Positions 25,566 to 37,730 of a stretch of DNA of 64,000 nt are shown here, in pieces. This stretch comes from Patellaria atrata CBS 101060 (Eukaryota): positions 2,033,561-2,097,560 of the forward strand of contig MU006089.1 in NCBI GenBank assembly GCA_010093705.1, written 5' to 3'. The position numbers were made by a program, and so were the translations under genes. Under the pieces are notes generated by a model that was not told the origin of the DNA, did not search any database, and worked only from the letters and a program-made list of their open reading frames with translations. The stretch's first letter is position 1; each line of letters opens with the position of its first letter.

Positions 25566-27762
25566 TTATGGTTGAGCGTAGGGATCCGCAAACTGAAAGT
25601 CTATAGCATGGCCTATCAGGTTTGGAGCAAAAGGTGTACCGGCTACGCCAAAGGCGTCCATATCAGTATCACCTGTCATCCAGACGTCTTGCGATGTAAT
25701 TTCGCCTTTCGCTTGGTCTAATTTCGAAGGGGAAGTTTCCATATTTCTTTGATCATCAGCATGGGCCTCATCCCCACTTTCCCCCGTGGTTTGCGAGTCG
25801 TATTCCCGGCTGTCGGCTGTCTCGGGGGAGAGAACGTTAGAGACAGGTTTCTCTGGGATCGCTCTTATCAAGACGCCTGTTGAGGTGGCCAGAGTGCTAA
25901 TCGCGCGTTCAAGGAAAGGAGCGCTTTTACTTGAAAGCCTGAGTATCCATCGATATTCCTCCAGCTTGTTCTTGTAGAAGTCTGCTTCCTCCTTGTTGGT
26001 TGAAGTTACCCATAAGAGGCTGACAAAGGTACCGATCAGTGCAAAGCAATATCTCGATGCTGAGTACCAGAAAGACTGCAAGTGTTCCGCTCGCAAACCT
26101 TGGACAAAGTCCATTGCGGATATTAAGCGAGCTTTTGCTGCCGCTCTGCAGATGGACACTAGCGACGGATCGCTTTCGTGTGCTAACAGTCGGACAATAC
26201 GTCGATGGAGTGTAATTTCTGCCGTGTAGTATGCCAGGTGGAGATAGCCTGGAAAGAAGTTAGCTAGGTGAAAAGAAGGAAAGTGTCTTTCTCGAGAGCA
26301 TCGGACCTGTTGATGAAAGCTTTCTCATCTTCAAATTTTCCATCTTGAGGCAGTCTGGTAATTGAGCGAACCACTCCTTTAGACGTATCTGTATGGGTTT
26401 AGCTTTCTCTAGGATCCACCTCACACCCTGATGGGCGTTATTGCGGGTCTCTTCTTCTGCTCGTATCGTATAGAATGATGAGAGAATGTCGGACAGTATC
26501 TCTGTCAAGCCAATCATCTGTGAGAAGAGTATGCGTCCCTTTTCGACTTCAGTACTTCCGTCCTCATCGTCTTCATCTGCAGCGTTCTCTGGAAAGTCAC
26601 TCTCAGTCACATGTTTTACTGCCCAGTCGTCCGCAAGTATATGGGAAGGCCGTCCATGTACAAGTGCGGACCATTTATCCTGCATGAATAAAGCCCATGC
26701 TAATCTTTTCCTCAGTCCTCGTTCCCAAGATGGTATTCTCCAACGGGTACAGTCCAGCTGCAAGCCAAGGTCTTGACCCAGACCGACAAGTTTAGTGACA
26801 AGTGCCCAAGAGTCTCCCTCAAAACGCTGAAGTAACAGCAAACCAGCCTGGATTGTGGACAGCTTTGGGCGACAAGTGACATCAGATATCGTCTTTAGAC
26901 CTAATTTTTCCAGACGAGGGACATCGGGCTTTGGTAATAGAGCAAGATCGGAGAAACTCCACCACTGCAACGCAAGAATATATACTGCAGCTAGTAATGG
27001 CGGAGAAAATTCCCTATGAGTTCGCTGGTATTTCTCTAAGTAGACCTTCTTGTGAAGAATGGGAAAGCTGGGGTGAACTATCCGAAAGTACAGAGTGATG
27101 AGTGCATGCCCATGAGGTGCTACGAGGGTTTCAATAGCGTCCAATTCTGTGATCTCGTCTCCATGATTCTGAGTCCCAGCATCTGGAGCGAGAATGAATG
27201 TATCATGCAAGCTTACTTTGCGTAACGATGCAACCCCAGCTGGTATTTCATCCCTGTCGTTGAAAGCATCCAATTCCAGGAGACTATGCTCATATTCGGA
27301 ACTTGAACCGACATACCTACTATGACGATGATTTTGTAGGCCTAATGTCTTCTTCAAGAGGGATGGTCCTTTGAGATCTGCGTAGTTCTCTACTGGAGGA
27401 GCTTGACGAATGACCGATCGGGATGATATTTCAGATATTGCCGTTGCGTCATGGCGTGGAAATGCGGCTCCTGGTGATATCTGAGACACACGGGATGCTT
27501 CGGTTGAAGTATCCTTACGCACATCTTCATCCTCACTGACAATTGGGATCTTCCTCTTACGCGGCCTAGGATTCTCAACGAATGTACAAGGTTGGTAGTG
27601 GAACTGGCAAAGGACACAAGAGCTGGCTCCTTCCGCTATCTCACATCTTGACTTCCTTTTGCGGCAGCTATCGCATGGACGACGAGGACGGGTTTTTGAG
27701 CGGGTGAATTCGGAATGGCTGGAGATCTCGTGCGGTGAAGTAGCCGTATTTAGCTGATCCAT
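25566..27762 (-). CDS. Zn(II)2Cys6 transcription factor, Dal81/TamA-like, 2 exons
   Basis: CDSCRKRKSRC...CVLCQFHYQPCTF, then a fungal-specific TF domain (LYFRIVHPSFPILHK, RPKLSTIQAGLLLLQR, LRKRLAWALFMQDKW). An intron at ~26306-26249 leads to GYLHLAYY. Confidence 0.92.
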
Positions 27763-28054
27763 ATGGCTTGCGTGCAAAAGGGATAAACAGGTGAGGCCAC
27801 CATAGACCTAGACAAAGCTTGTATCCAGCACGGTGGAGACGAATTAGGATGATCTACGTTATGCAGTGATCATCCTTTTGAGCAGGGACGGAACTTTTCA
27901 TGAGCCTCGATTAGAGTTGCTCCTCGTGCTCTTATTATACACAAGACCAACTATTCGTCTTTCCCCAAAGAACCAAATCAACATTGAATGCCACGTGAAG
28001 TAGACGTCATCTGAGGCGTATCCGCACCATTTGAAAGTAGATTTGTTGGTATAA

Positions 28055-28340
28055 AGATGATTTCGACGGTAAGGGATTGACACGATTAAGGAGTAAGGAG
28101 CTGAAGCGAAAATACATCGGGCCTAAACCGCGCCTAAGGAAGGCCGACGGGCGAGGATATTTGATTTTCTATATCTTAACATTATATAAGGAAATAAAAT
28201 TAAATCAATTTTAGAGTAAAATATTATATAATCGACTCAATAAAATAATAGGAATCAGAGTAATATATTTAGAACTATTAATAAATATTTGCCATTCCTA
28301 TCGTAACGCTCTATAATATCTCTCTAGTGCCAGTTATAAG
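28055..28340. repeat. Left arm of degenerate inverted repeat (partner 30960-31275)
   Basis: 28129-28151 is the exact reverse complement of 31179-31201 (23 bp). 28083-28109 matches 31214-31240 at 26/27. Weaker blocks extend both ways. Confidence 0.85.
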
Positions 28341-28537
28341 CATTCAGTAATTGATTAATGATCACAGTACTCGTTGAATAGATAGTCATCGGTTTCATTA
28401 AGGGATTCTAATTTCATACTATTCTACAGCGATGGTAGAGCCAGAGCTTACCTTACAGTGAACAGGAGGGGAACAGAAGTGTACAAAGTGTTCAATTATC
28501 CTTTCAACAAGTAAAACAGCGAGACTCATGTCATATT

Positions 28538-30392
28538 CTAATAAGCTGATTTGACTTCCTTCTCCTTCGCTACCATACCCTTTTCCACGTCAAGGCCTTC
28601 TATCTCCTCCGGAGTGGACGACGCTACATCTCCCTTTTGGGGCGGAAGTACAGCTTCTTCAATGATAGCTTCGCCTAGGGGAGAGATGTATGTGGCGATG
28701 ACGTAGTAAGTTAGAAATGCAAGGGTAAATCCAAAAATCCACGCAAAGGTATAGATGGTCCATGCATCTCCAACATTTAGATCATTGTCGATACTCTTAG
28801 AGAAGCCTGGCATCAGGGGAGCAAATCCGATGATGAATGACGCATATGCACGCCAATTGAAACCATAAGAGTACCAGTATATGCCGTGATCACGGTACAG
28901 CTCGTGGATATTGAGTTTCCTCCTCTTAATGATATAATAGTCACAAATCATTGTGCCGGCAAGGGGACCCATGAGACAAGAATATCCAGAAAGGAATGCC
29001 AGGAGACCAGCAGCATTCTTAATGATGTTCCATGGGGTGGATACTACACAGAATATGGAGATGAACATCGTGGCTCGGAAGATGTTAATGTATTTCGGGT
29101 AGATACCGGTGATATCGTTCGAGAAAGGATAAGTTCCTAGCTAGACTTAGATGTATGTCAAAACTTAGAGCGATATAAGTTCAAGTACCTGCAGCAACCT
29201 GATTACCGATGGTCGCGAGTATAAAAGAGAAACCAGTAAAGAACTTTGCAGCTCGTGAATCAAACATTGCGATCGTAGCTGGCATGTACCATTGAAATTC
29301 TCCCCAAAGATATTGATGTGCAGAGCAAACGAAGATCGGCGTTAATGAACCTAAGGTTCCGATAACGGGTAGAGCAAAAAATTGGTTATAACCAGCCAGA
29401 CGGTTCTTAGAAAATCGTCCAAAATCTGGCATATTGACAGCCATCGAGGAGAAAAGTCCGATGATGACATTGAGTCCAGTAAGAGTAGAAAAGGCAGTGT
29501 TCATGTAAGATGATTGTATCTTCATCTCGCCTTTGACAAGAGGTCCACCACCATGCGTAACTATCACGGCCCACAGGAAGAGTGCTAAGAATGTGGGCGG
29601 GACAATTACACTCTTGACGAGGAACAAAATACGGAGTTTTTCAATAGGCATAAGGGCGAGACCTGTCTGAATTATCCAGTAGAGCATGAAACAGAGAAGA
29701 CCTGCAGATGTCATGCCTGCGTCGAGTGGAAGATGATTCGGAAAGTCTATGAAGCTAGGCCAGATCGCTTCAATACATCGCTGTAGAAATTCGCCGGCTT
29801 GGACTGTCAGAATAGCAGTCCACATGAGAGCGACAAAAGCTGTATAAAACTTAAGTAATGACGATTATGGAGATAGTACGCTAGTTACCAACCTCGAATG
29901 CAGATTGCAATGTAACTACCATACATGCCAAAAACGGAGCGAACAATAACAGGGAAAGGAACAGCGTAGGTAGCACCCATCTTAAAGCACCATGTTAGCG
30001 TAGTCATTTGTAAGTTATCAGATATTATTACCTTTCCAGTGAGTGTTATGACTACACTACATATCATGAAGCCGAAGAAAACAATAGGTATAGTCTCGCG
30101 AGCAGTGAATCCGAGGGACATAACCGTGGCCACAGTACTAGCAAGCGGGGGTGCTAACATATCACTACACCAGTATGCCCAGTAATCAATAGCACCCCAT
30201 GTTCGTTTCTCTGGTGGAATAGGATCAAGATCTTTGCATAAGTAAGTATTTGAGTCGTAGTATCATTATACTCAGGAACATACCCCTATTTGACCATCTC
30301 GGATTCCCGTAAATCCCCCCAACCATAGGAACTTGCCATGTTAGATGAGGAGCAATCTTAGTCTTGATGCGATTAGGTGAGAGAATAGACAT
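28538..30392 (-). CDS. NCS1-family nucleobase/allantoin permease, multi-exon
   Basis: RWSNR|DLDPIPPEKRTWGAIDYWAYW, PFPVIVRSVFGMYG, AVNMPDFGRF, STPWNII, MICDYYIIKR, GFNWRAY. Confidence 0.93.
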
Positions 30393-30959
30393 GCCGCGAA
30401 GTTGGTAGATTGTTGATGATGGTATGGATAACACAAAGTCTTAACTGAATCTTGGAGGCTTTTGAACAATTTCTTGAAACCCAGATCAAAAGAAAGAAGA
30501 GGAGCTGGGGCCCCTTGTTATACACGCTTCCGCCTCCTTGGTTCTGGATATCTCGAGATGATATCAAGTAGATAGATAGATACTCATGTGCAACCAGCTT
30601 CGAGGGAATGCAGCCTGCGGCCTTGAACAATCCAGAGATTTGGAAATCCGGAAGTAGTAGTGTCGTCTAGAATGGAAGATCGTCAGCATATCGCATCCAG
30701 CGTGGGATCTAGATAATCATAATTCAAGGGCCTAGATGTGTATGCTGTACCCTCTCTGGGATGTGACGGATGGAAGCAGCAAATCGAACGAAAACCTTTC
30801 ATGCTGAGGATCTTAAAAGGTTAGCATCTAAGCAAAATGGCTGCAGCTACGGTAGCCCTTGGTTCCCTCTACTGAATGATAAGATGTTTCAAGGGCTACT
30901 GGTGGTTGAAAGTGGAATCTGTGAGATAACTGAGAGCCGCAGGTGCATGGAGTATATCG

Positions 30960-31275
30960 CTTGATTTGCAATGACGGAGAGAGATACAAAACGTCGCCGA
31001 CGATACTGAGTCAGAGATAACAGATATTAACGTTTCGTTCTACCACCCCATTTATTCGTTAGCGAGCCTTATATCTATTCATAGATCCCTTATGTAATAT
31101 GTTATCCTGAGCCTAGTTTTATATTATTTGTTTATATAATATTAAGGTATGGAAAATCTAATCTCTTCGCCCGTCCGCCCCGTCGGCCTTCCTTAGGCGC
31201 GCTCGAGGCCGGCTCGCTTCAGCTCCTTTCTCCTTAATCGGTCTACATTTGCAACCCTTTACCGTCAAAATCATG
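30960..31275. repeat. Right arm of degenerate inverted repeat (partner 28055-28340)
   Basis: Core CCCGTCGGCCTTCCTTAGGCGCG (31179-31201) and TCGCTTCAGCTCCTTTCTCCTTAATCG (31214-31240) are reverse complements of the left arm. Confidence 0.85.
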
Positions 31276-31439
31276 AACAAAATAAACAATAGTCGGCCCA
31301 AATTTCAAACTGTAGAATTCAATTGTCCATTGAGGGTGCTAACTTCATCGTTGGGTTCTCAACACTCAATCTCGTATCCTAGACTTCCAAAGTTGTCCAT
31401 ACTTCCATCTTTTATTCAAGACCTTCAATCTTGCAAACT

Positions 31440-33706
31440 ATGGCTATCAAAGGACAATGTACCATTGATGCAAAGCCGTATCCATTTACCTTTCCTTTGA
31501 AACACACAGCCCTACTTGTCATCGACATGCAAAGAGACTTCCTGCTGAAGTCCGGTTTTGGCGAGATACAGGGCGGGAATCTTGAAGCAGTTCAAGCATC
31601 AATTGTTCCCACGAGAAAGTTGCTTGACGCTTGCAGAAATGCTGGTCTGGCAATCTTTCATACACGAGAAGGCCATGTACCTGATCTCGCGGATTGTCCG
31701 TCCTCAAAACTTATCAGACAAGGTGCTGCACCTAACAACTCCCAACACAGTCTTGTCATTGGAGACAAAGGGGAAATGGGTCGCTTACTAGTCCGAGGAG
31801 AATATGGACATGACTTGGTAGATGAGCTTACCCCGTATCCTAGCGAAGTGGTGATCGACAAGCCCGGTAAAGGGTCCTTCTGGAATACAGATATAATGCA
31901 TAAACTGAAAGCTCGGGGAATAACACACCTGATTGTGAGTGGTGTAACAACTGAGTGTTGCTTCGCCACTTCCATCCGAGAAGCAAACGATCGGGGATTC
32001 GAATGCTGTAAGAGATCTCAGGCCCTATAGTAAACAATTACTGATCCGAGAAATAAGGCGGAATTGAGGATGCTACAGCCGGTTACAATTCAGACTTCAA
32101 GTCTCAATCTCTTGACATGATACACTGGTCTCAGGGACTATTTGGTTTCGTTGCTCCTTTACAACCACTTTTAGATGCTCTTTTGCCTTTGACCGGTACT
32201 AAACCGTCTGGTTTGACACCTCCACAAACACCTCCAGAATGGGATGGGGATTTACGAATCACTAGTCTTCAAGCAGCTTACAAGTCAGGTCTGTCTCCAG
32301 TGACAGTTGCGGAGGCTGTTTACACGAAGATCGAAGCCTATCGAGAATCCGACCCTGCTGTCTGGATCCACCTAGAGAGTAAGGATGATGTAATAGCATC
32401 AGCGAGATTACTGAGCAGTAGATTTCCAGACCGCGAGAAGCTCCCTGCACTATTTGGCATACCATTCAGTATCAAAGATTCAATCGATATTTCCGGGCTT
32501 CCGACCACGACCGCATGTCCGCCATTAGCGCATATACCAACAGCCTCAGCCCCTGTCTATACAAAACTGATAGAAGGAGGTGGATTGTTTATCGGGAAAA
32601 CCAATCTGGACCAACTAGCGACGGGCTTGACTGGCTGTAGAAGCCCATATGGCATTACTCATTCAGTCTTTCATAAGGATTACATATCAGGGGGTTCTTC
32701 TAGTGGCAATGCGGTGAGCGTGGGCGCTAATCTGGTATCTTTTTCTATCGCCACAGATACTGCGGGTTCCGGGAGAGTACCTTCTGGACTAAACGGAGTA
32801 GTGGGATATAAGCCCACACGAGGTCTTATCTCATTTGTCGGTACTACTCCAGCTTGCTTATCGCTCGATTGTATCGCAATCATCGCAAAAAATGTCGAAG
32901 ATGCTCGGTTGGTATGGCAAATGGTCGAAGGGTACGATGGCAATGATCCATATGCGAAGCCGGCCATTGCATTTGAGCGGCATATAAACTCAATCGGGCC
33001 GCAAGCAACCGCCTTTAAGTTTGGTATCCCGCCGCAAGATGTATTGGAAGTGTGTTCACCAATCTACCGAAAACGTTTCAATGAGATTGTTCAAAGACTT
33101 CAAAAGATGGGAGGTAAGTTGACTCGAATTGACTGGACACCTTTCCAGAAGGCGGGTGATCTTCTTTACAATGGAACATTTGTTTCGGAGCGTCTTGCGA
33201 GTCTCCCTGATGGCTGGCTTGAGAAAAATAGAAACTATCTGCATCCCGTCATCTTGCGGATATTTGAGGATGTTATCAAACGTCGGAGTACCGCAGTAGA
33301 TGCTTATCGAGACTTGCAGGCCAAGGCGTTATACACTCGTCAAGCAGAAGTGGTATTTGCTCCCACAGCAGCTGGCGTAGACGTCCTTGTAGTACCGACA
33401 ACTCCAACACACTGGAAAATTGATGAGGTACTTAAAGACCCTATTCGGTTAAATAGCATTAATGGTACATTTACTCACTTTGGTAATGTACTGGATCTTT
33501 GCGCCGTTGCAGTACCAGCTGGTAGATATGATGTATCCGAACTCTCAGGCGTGGAAACTGATAAAGGCTCACTTCCTTTCAGTATCACATTCCTTGGAGG
33601 TAGTAGAATGGACGCAGAGGTGCTTCGAATTGCTTTACAATTTCAAGACAGTTTGCATGAGGGAGATGGAAAGGGCAATAGAGGGTATGAATCCCATCCC
33701 TTTTAA
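31440..33706 (+). CDS. Fusion protein: isochorismatase-like (triuret/biuret hydrolase-type) cysteine hydrolase + allophanate-hydrolase-type amidase, ~738 aa, 2 exons
   Basis: Exon 1 has IDMQRDF, HTREGH, DKPGKGSF and GVTTECC...REANDRG (D-K-C triad). A 50-nt intron at 32008-32057 (GTAAGA...CTGAT...AAG) joins it in frame to the amidase signature: IKDSID, GKTNLDQLATG, GGSSSG, TDTAGSGRVP, LLYNGTFVSER. Confidence 0.9.
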
Positions 33707-34368
33707 TGCATTGGCGAACCAAATATAGATATACTGGGAGAGTTTACATTAATAAGAATGATCATATGCCACTAGACAAAACTTTCAGCGTGAATATGTT
33801 GTAATTTGTTGGAAATGAGAGAATAGTAACAGTAGGGAGTACAGTACTGTACCTGAATAGTAGGCTAATGTTCTTAGAGACATCAGAACTGATCTACTCA
33901 AATACTGCCCGCAAGATAGGCTTCCTAGCATCTAGACATCCCAGACTTAGCAGGAGTCATAAGTGTCCACTGTTCTTTTGATGAATCCTAGTAGTGGAGA
34001 AAGGGTTCAAGGGGTTCCTGATATAATGCCCGGGTTGCGGCCGGTAAAACCACGGCGTATTCTTGGAGACGCCATTTCATCGTGGAACTTTTGATTCTTA
34101 TTCAAGAATAATCAGCTCTTATTTTCTCCCTTTCACATTTCAACCGTTAATCTTCCCAGAAAATCAATTTTACAAAAGAGACACCTATCATTCCCATTCT
34201 CCAGCTCTATACCACCTCCACAGACCTCGAAGCTACCGTCGAATAAACGCTACGATCTGATCTTTTCGCGCCACCTCACAAGTCCACAGCTATACATACA
34301 GTTGAATCTCGTGATCTAAGTGGACTTTCCCGGGAGTAGGGCGTTAGGGGCTTTGGTATATACACATA

Positions 34369-35162
34369 ATGGGGGTCTTCCAGTCCATGCTGTCGAAACT
34401 GTGGTCTAAAAAGGAGATAAGGATATTGATATTAGGTCTTGTATGTCTAGTGACCGGTTTTGGTTTACATACAGATAAAGGCCGTAACAGAATGCTAATG
34501 CTTGCATATAGGATAATGCTGGCAAAACAACTCTGCTCTACCGTCTGAAGGTAGAACTTTACCCTTGAGATTCGACCTATCAGCTCCAGGTGCTAATCCG
34601 CTTTGCTCTATACAGATTGGTGAGGTTGTTTCGACAATACCTACTATAGGCTTCAACGTCGAATCGGTGACATACAAGAACTTAAATTTCAACGTGTGGG
34701 TACGTCTTATATCACGGCTATAGCTTTGAAACCTCCAATGGCCTGGCTAACACCAAACTCAAATAGGACCTAGGTGGTCAAACATCTATTAGACCATACT
34801 GGCGTTGCTATTATGCAAACACTGCTGCTGTTATATTCGTGATTGACTCTACCGATATCGACCGGCTGGAAACAGCATCTGAAGAGCTCTCTGCCATGCT
34901 GAATGAGGAAGAACTTCGAGATGCGGCATTATTAGTATTCGCGAACAAACAAGACCAGCCTGGTGCAAAGGGCGCAGGCGAAATCTCTGAGGCGCTGAAG
35001 CTCGCAGATTTGAAAGATCGGAACTGGAGTATAGTGGCTTGTTCAGCAATAGATGGGAGTGGCGTTCAAGAAGGAATGGACTGGATGGTGGTAAGTTCAA
35101 TTAACCATTTTGCATGGATTCCACTAATTCGTCTTGAGTCTACGGTGTCCGAGAATACATAG
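34369..35162 (+). CDS. ARL1: ADP-ribosylation factor-like GTPase 1, multi-exon
   Basis: MG...[41 protein letters not shown]...[22 protein letters not shown], and FANKQD. These are Arl1-diagnostic motifs. Confidence 0.95.
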
Positions 35163-35465
35163 TGCATCTACTATAACCTTACAAATGCCACGTATAGATG
35201 CATCTGAGGAGAATGCAAATGTCGCAATACTTTCTCCTGAAACCATAATATTGAACAAATTCCCATTTTCGAGAAAATCACTGAATGCTGGTTCCTTTCT
35301 TCGTATTCTCCACCATTTAAGATACCCTATCCAAGTTCAAAGTTTATCATGCGGGTAGTGTGTCAAATGCGGCTAATAATATCCGATTCGATATGTACAT
35401 ATATAGAGGTGGTTCACTGCCCGCAAACTGCACCAAAGTTCGACTAGTAAATATTTCTTCTCAAT

Positions 35466-36299
35466 ATGCACAGTACTAGTTCTGAAATCGAGCGAAACGC
35501 CAGTAATCTCATAGAGAATCTTGCCACTGAAGCAGTGGGCACAGCAGCAGCCGACAGTTGGTATTGCATTGTCGTAAGTTACTATGTTTCGAATTTATAT
35601 GGAGTACTAAGTCCCATTAGGCGTGCGCATTTGCAGCTTGTAATCAGGGAACCCTTGTAGCAAGAGTTTATCAACGAGCCATTTCCAGCTATATGGATGA
35701 TGCCGATGACCGAAAACGAATTCTCCACCGTATCAAAGAATCTATCATAAAGGTTACTGTAATATTTGGGATTCCTAGAGGCATCAATGCTATACGTTCC
35801 ATAATCAAAGTCATTCCACCCGGTGACGAATATGACAATACGAAATCCCGAAAGGAGATGATTGATCCCGTAGTGGAGTATGACAGAGGGCTTAGGTAGA
35901 GTCCTCTATAATCATGGTAGAATTTTACAATTAACTAGTCTTAGATACATGAGAAATATATTTCGCGAGGATCTAGATCCATTCCTGGATACCATGGAAC
36001 TACACAGTCGTGATTTAAAGGAGATGGTAGTCGATTACATCTATGGTCACCTCCAGTCCAATTTAGATGTAATAGACGCCATAACTACATCACAGTTGAA
36101 TATTGTCAGTTTAATCCCCATGGATGTTATGACAGAAGTAGCTTGGCACATGAGAGGTCTGATAAGAAATGGCGGGAGTGTGAACCAGATCCAGTACGTT
36201 CTTGATACAGTCGACCGTATCTGTAAAGTCACGGAGGTACAATTACGAAATGAACTCCCAACTGTGGACTTAGTAATAGATGCAGAAAGACTCTTTTAG
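35466..36299 (+). CDS. AhpD/carboxymuconolactone-decarboxylase-like protein, 3 exons
   Basis: Spliced product WYCIV|ACAFAACNQG...RIKESIIK...FGIPRGINA...AWHMRGLIRNGGS, typical of fungal AhpD-like helical proteins. Confidence 0.7.
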
Positions 36300-36395
36300 T
36301 GAATTGGGATAGGGGTTCTTCAAGCCTGTGCAGGGTCGCTCATCTTGTAAGTGTACATCAACAGAAGTAATTGTTAGAGAAACCTCGAGTACAAC

Positions 36396-37273
36396 CTAAC
36401 AATTCCAGCCCCCATCAATGCTACATGACTGGCCAGTGATAAAATTAGATTCGTTCGAGAGCAGAAATATAATCAGATGTGCAACTTCTTGTGGCTGTCC
36501 CTGGCGGGCCAGTGCCACACTTTTTATCCACGTATCCCTTTTGGAGCCACTCCCCGCAGCATTCGCTGTAGCTTGAGCACCAGCATTCATTGGCGTTTCA
36601 ATGACGCCCCTATATATGTAAGTGATTATTCGCAGGAACAGGTGTTTGGAATACCTACGGGCTGACGCAGTTCACCCTGACATTTCGTTTCCCAACCTCC
36701 TTTGCCGCCGACTTCGTAAGACCTATCACACCCTAGGTTCTTATTAGCTAGGAGTACACCCGACGGCCCATCTCAACTCACATGTTTACTCGCTGAATAC
36801 GCAGCACTATTCGGCCTCCCTATCAACCCAGCTATACTCGCCGCATTCACTACACTCCCCCCATCCTCAATAACCTTCAACTGCGCCCTCATACAATGCA
36901 TCAGCCCCGTAAGGTTGACCCCAATGATCAGCTCCCACTCATCTTCCGGCAAATCTGTCAGTGGGCACACCCCAATAAGCTTCCCGACAACTCCAGCTAG
37001 ATTTGCACAGCCGTCAAGCCGTCCGAATTTGTCGATTGTAGACTTAATCCAGCGGTCCACGTCTTCTGTTGAGCGTACCTCGACAACGCAACCTATGACC
37101 TCAGCGGAGAATTCGGTTTGGATGGCTTTAACGGCTTCATCCAGGGACTCTTTACGGTTATCGGCGAGGGAGAGTTTTGCGCCGCGACTGGCCAGGAGCT
37201 TTGCTGTTGAGAAGCCGATCCCTGAGGCTCCACCGGTGAGTGCGATGACTTTTCCTTTGATTGAATCAGTCAT
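36396..37273 (-). CDS. Classical short-chain dehydrogenase/reductase, 3 exons
   Basis: TGGASGIG, NLAG, VNAAS, YSASKH (YxxxK), RVNCVSP, ITGQSCSIDGGW. Confidence 0.93.
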
Positions 37274-37730
37274 GGTAGTATATGGGCGTATTGCAGCAGT
37301 TGTATATATTATATTCGAGGCGTATTGTAGCTGTTGTTGTAACGGGCGGGGTATATCAGGTATGTAGGGAAGAAAGGAGAGTACAGTTAAATTAGGGAGC
37401 CACAGGCTGATATAACTTCAGCAGGTCTCCACAAAGATCCACAAGTCCATAGTCTTAGACGGATATTGAACTCCGCTAGGGCCATAATACCGAAAGAGCG
37501 TAATTCGACGGTTGTCATCTGCTTTACGAGTATCGAGAGATCAGGGAGACAGGAGCACCAAGTTTCAATAAAAGCTCGAAAAGATTACGGGCATCAATAT
37601 GGCTCTGTTAAGGTATCCCCTTATTATGATACGGACACCAATGGAACATTAATATGGCTACATTCTAATATAGAAGCATCTAGTTCGAGATCTTGCAACA
37701 TTGCTAATATTACTTTGGTGTAAAGCACAC

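Noticed and set aside
30393..31439. About six HGATAR (AreA-type) sites in the permease/hydrolase divergent promoter
   Set aside because: This fits nitrogen regulation, but the count is close to what ~1 kb of AT-rich DNA gives by chance.
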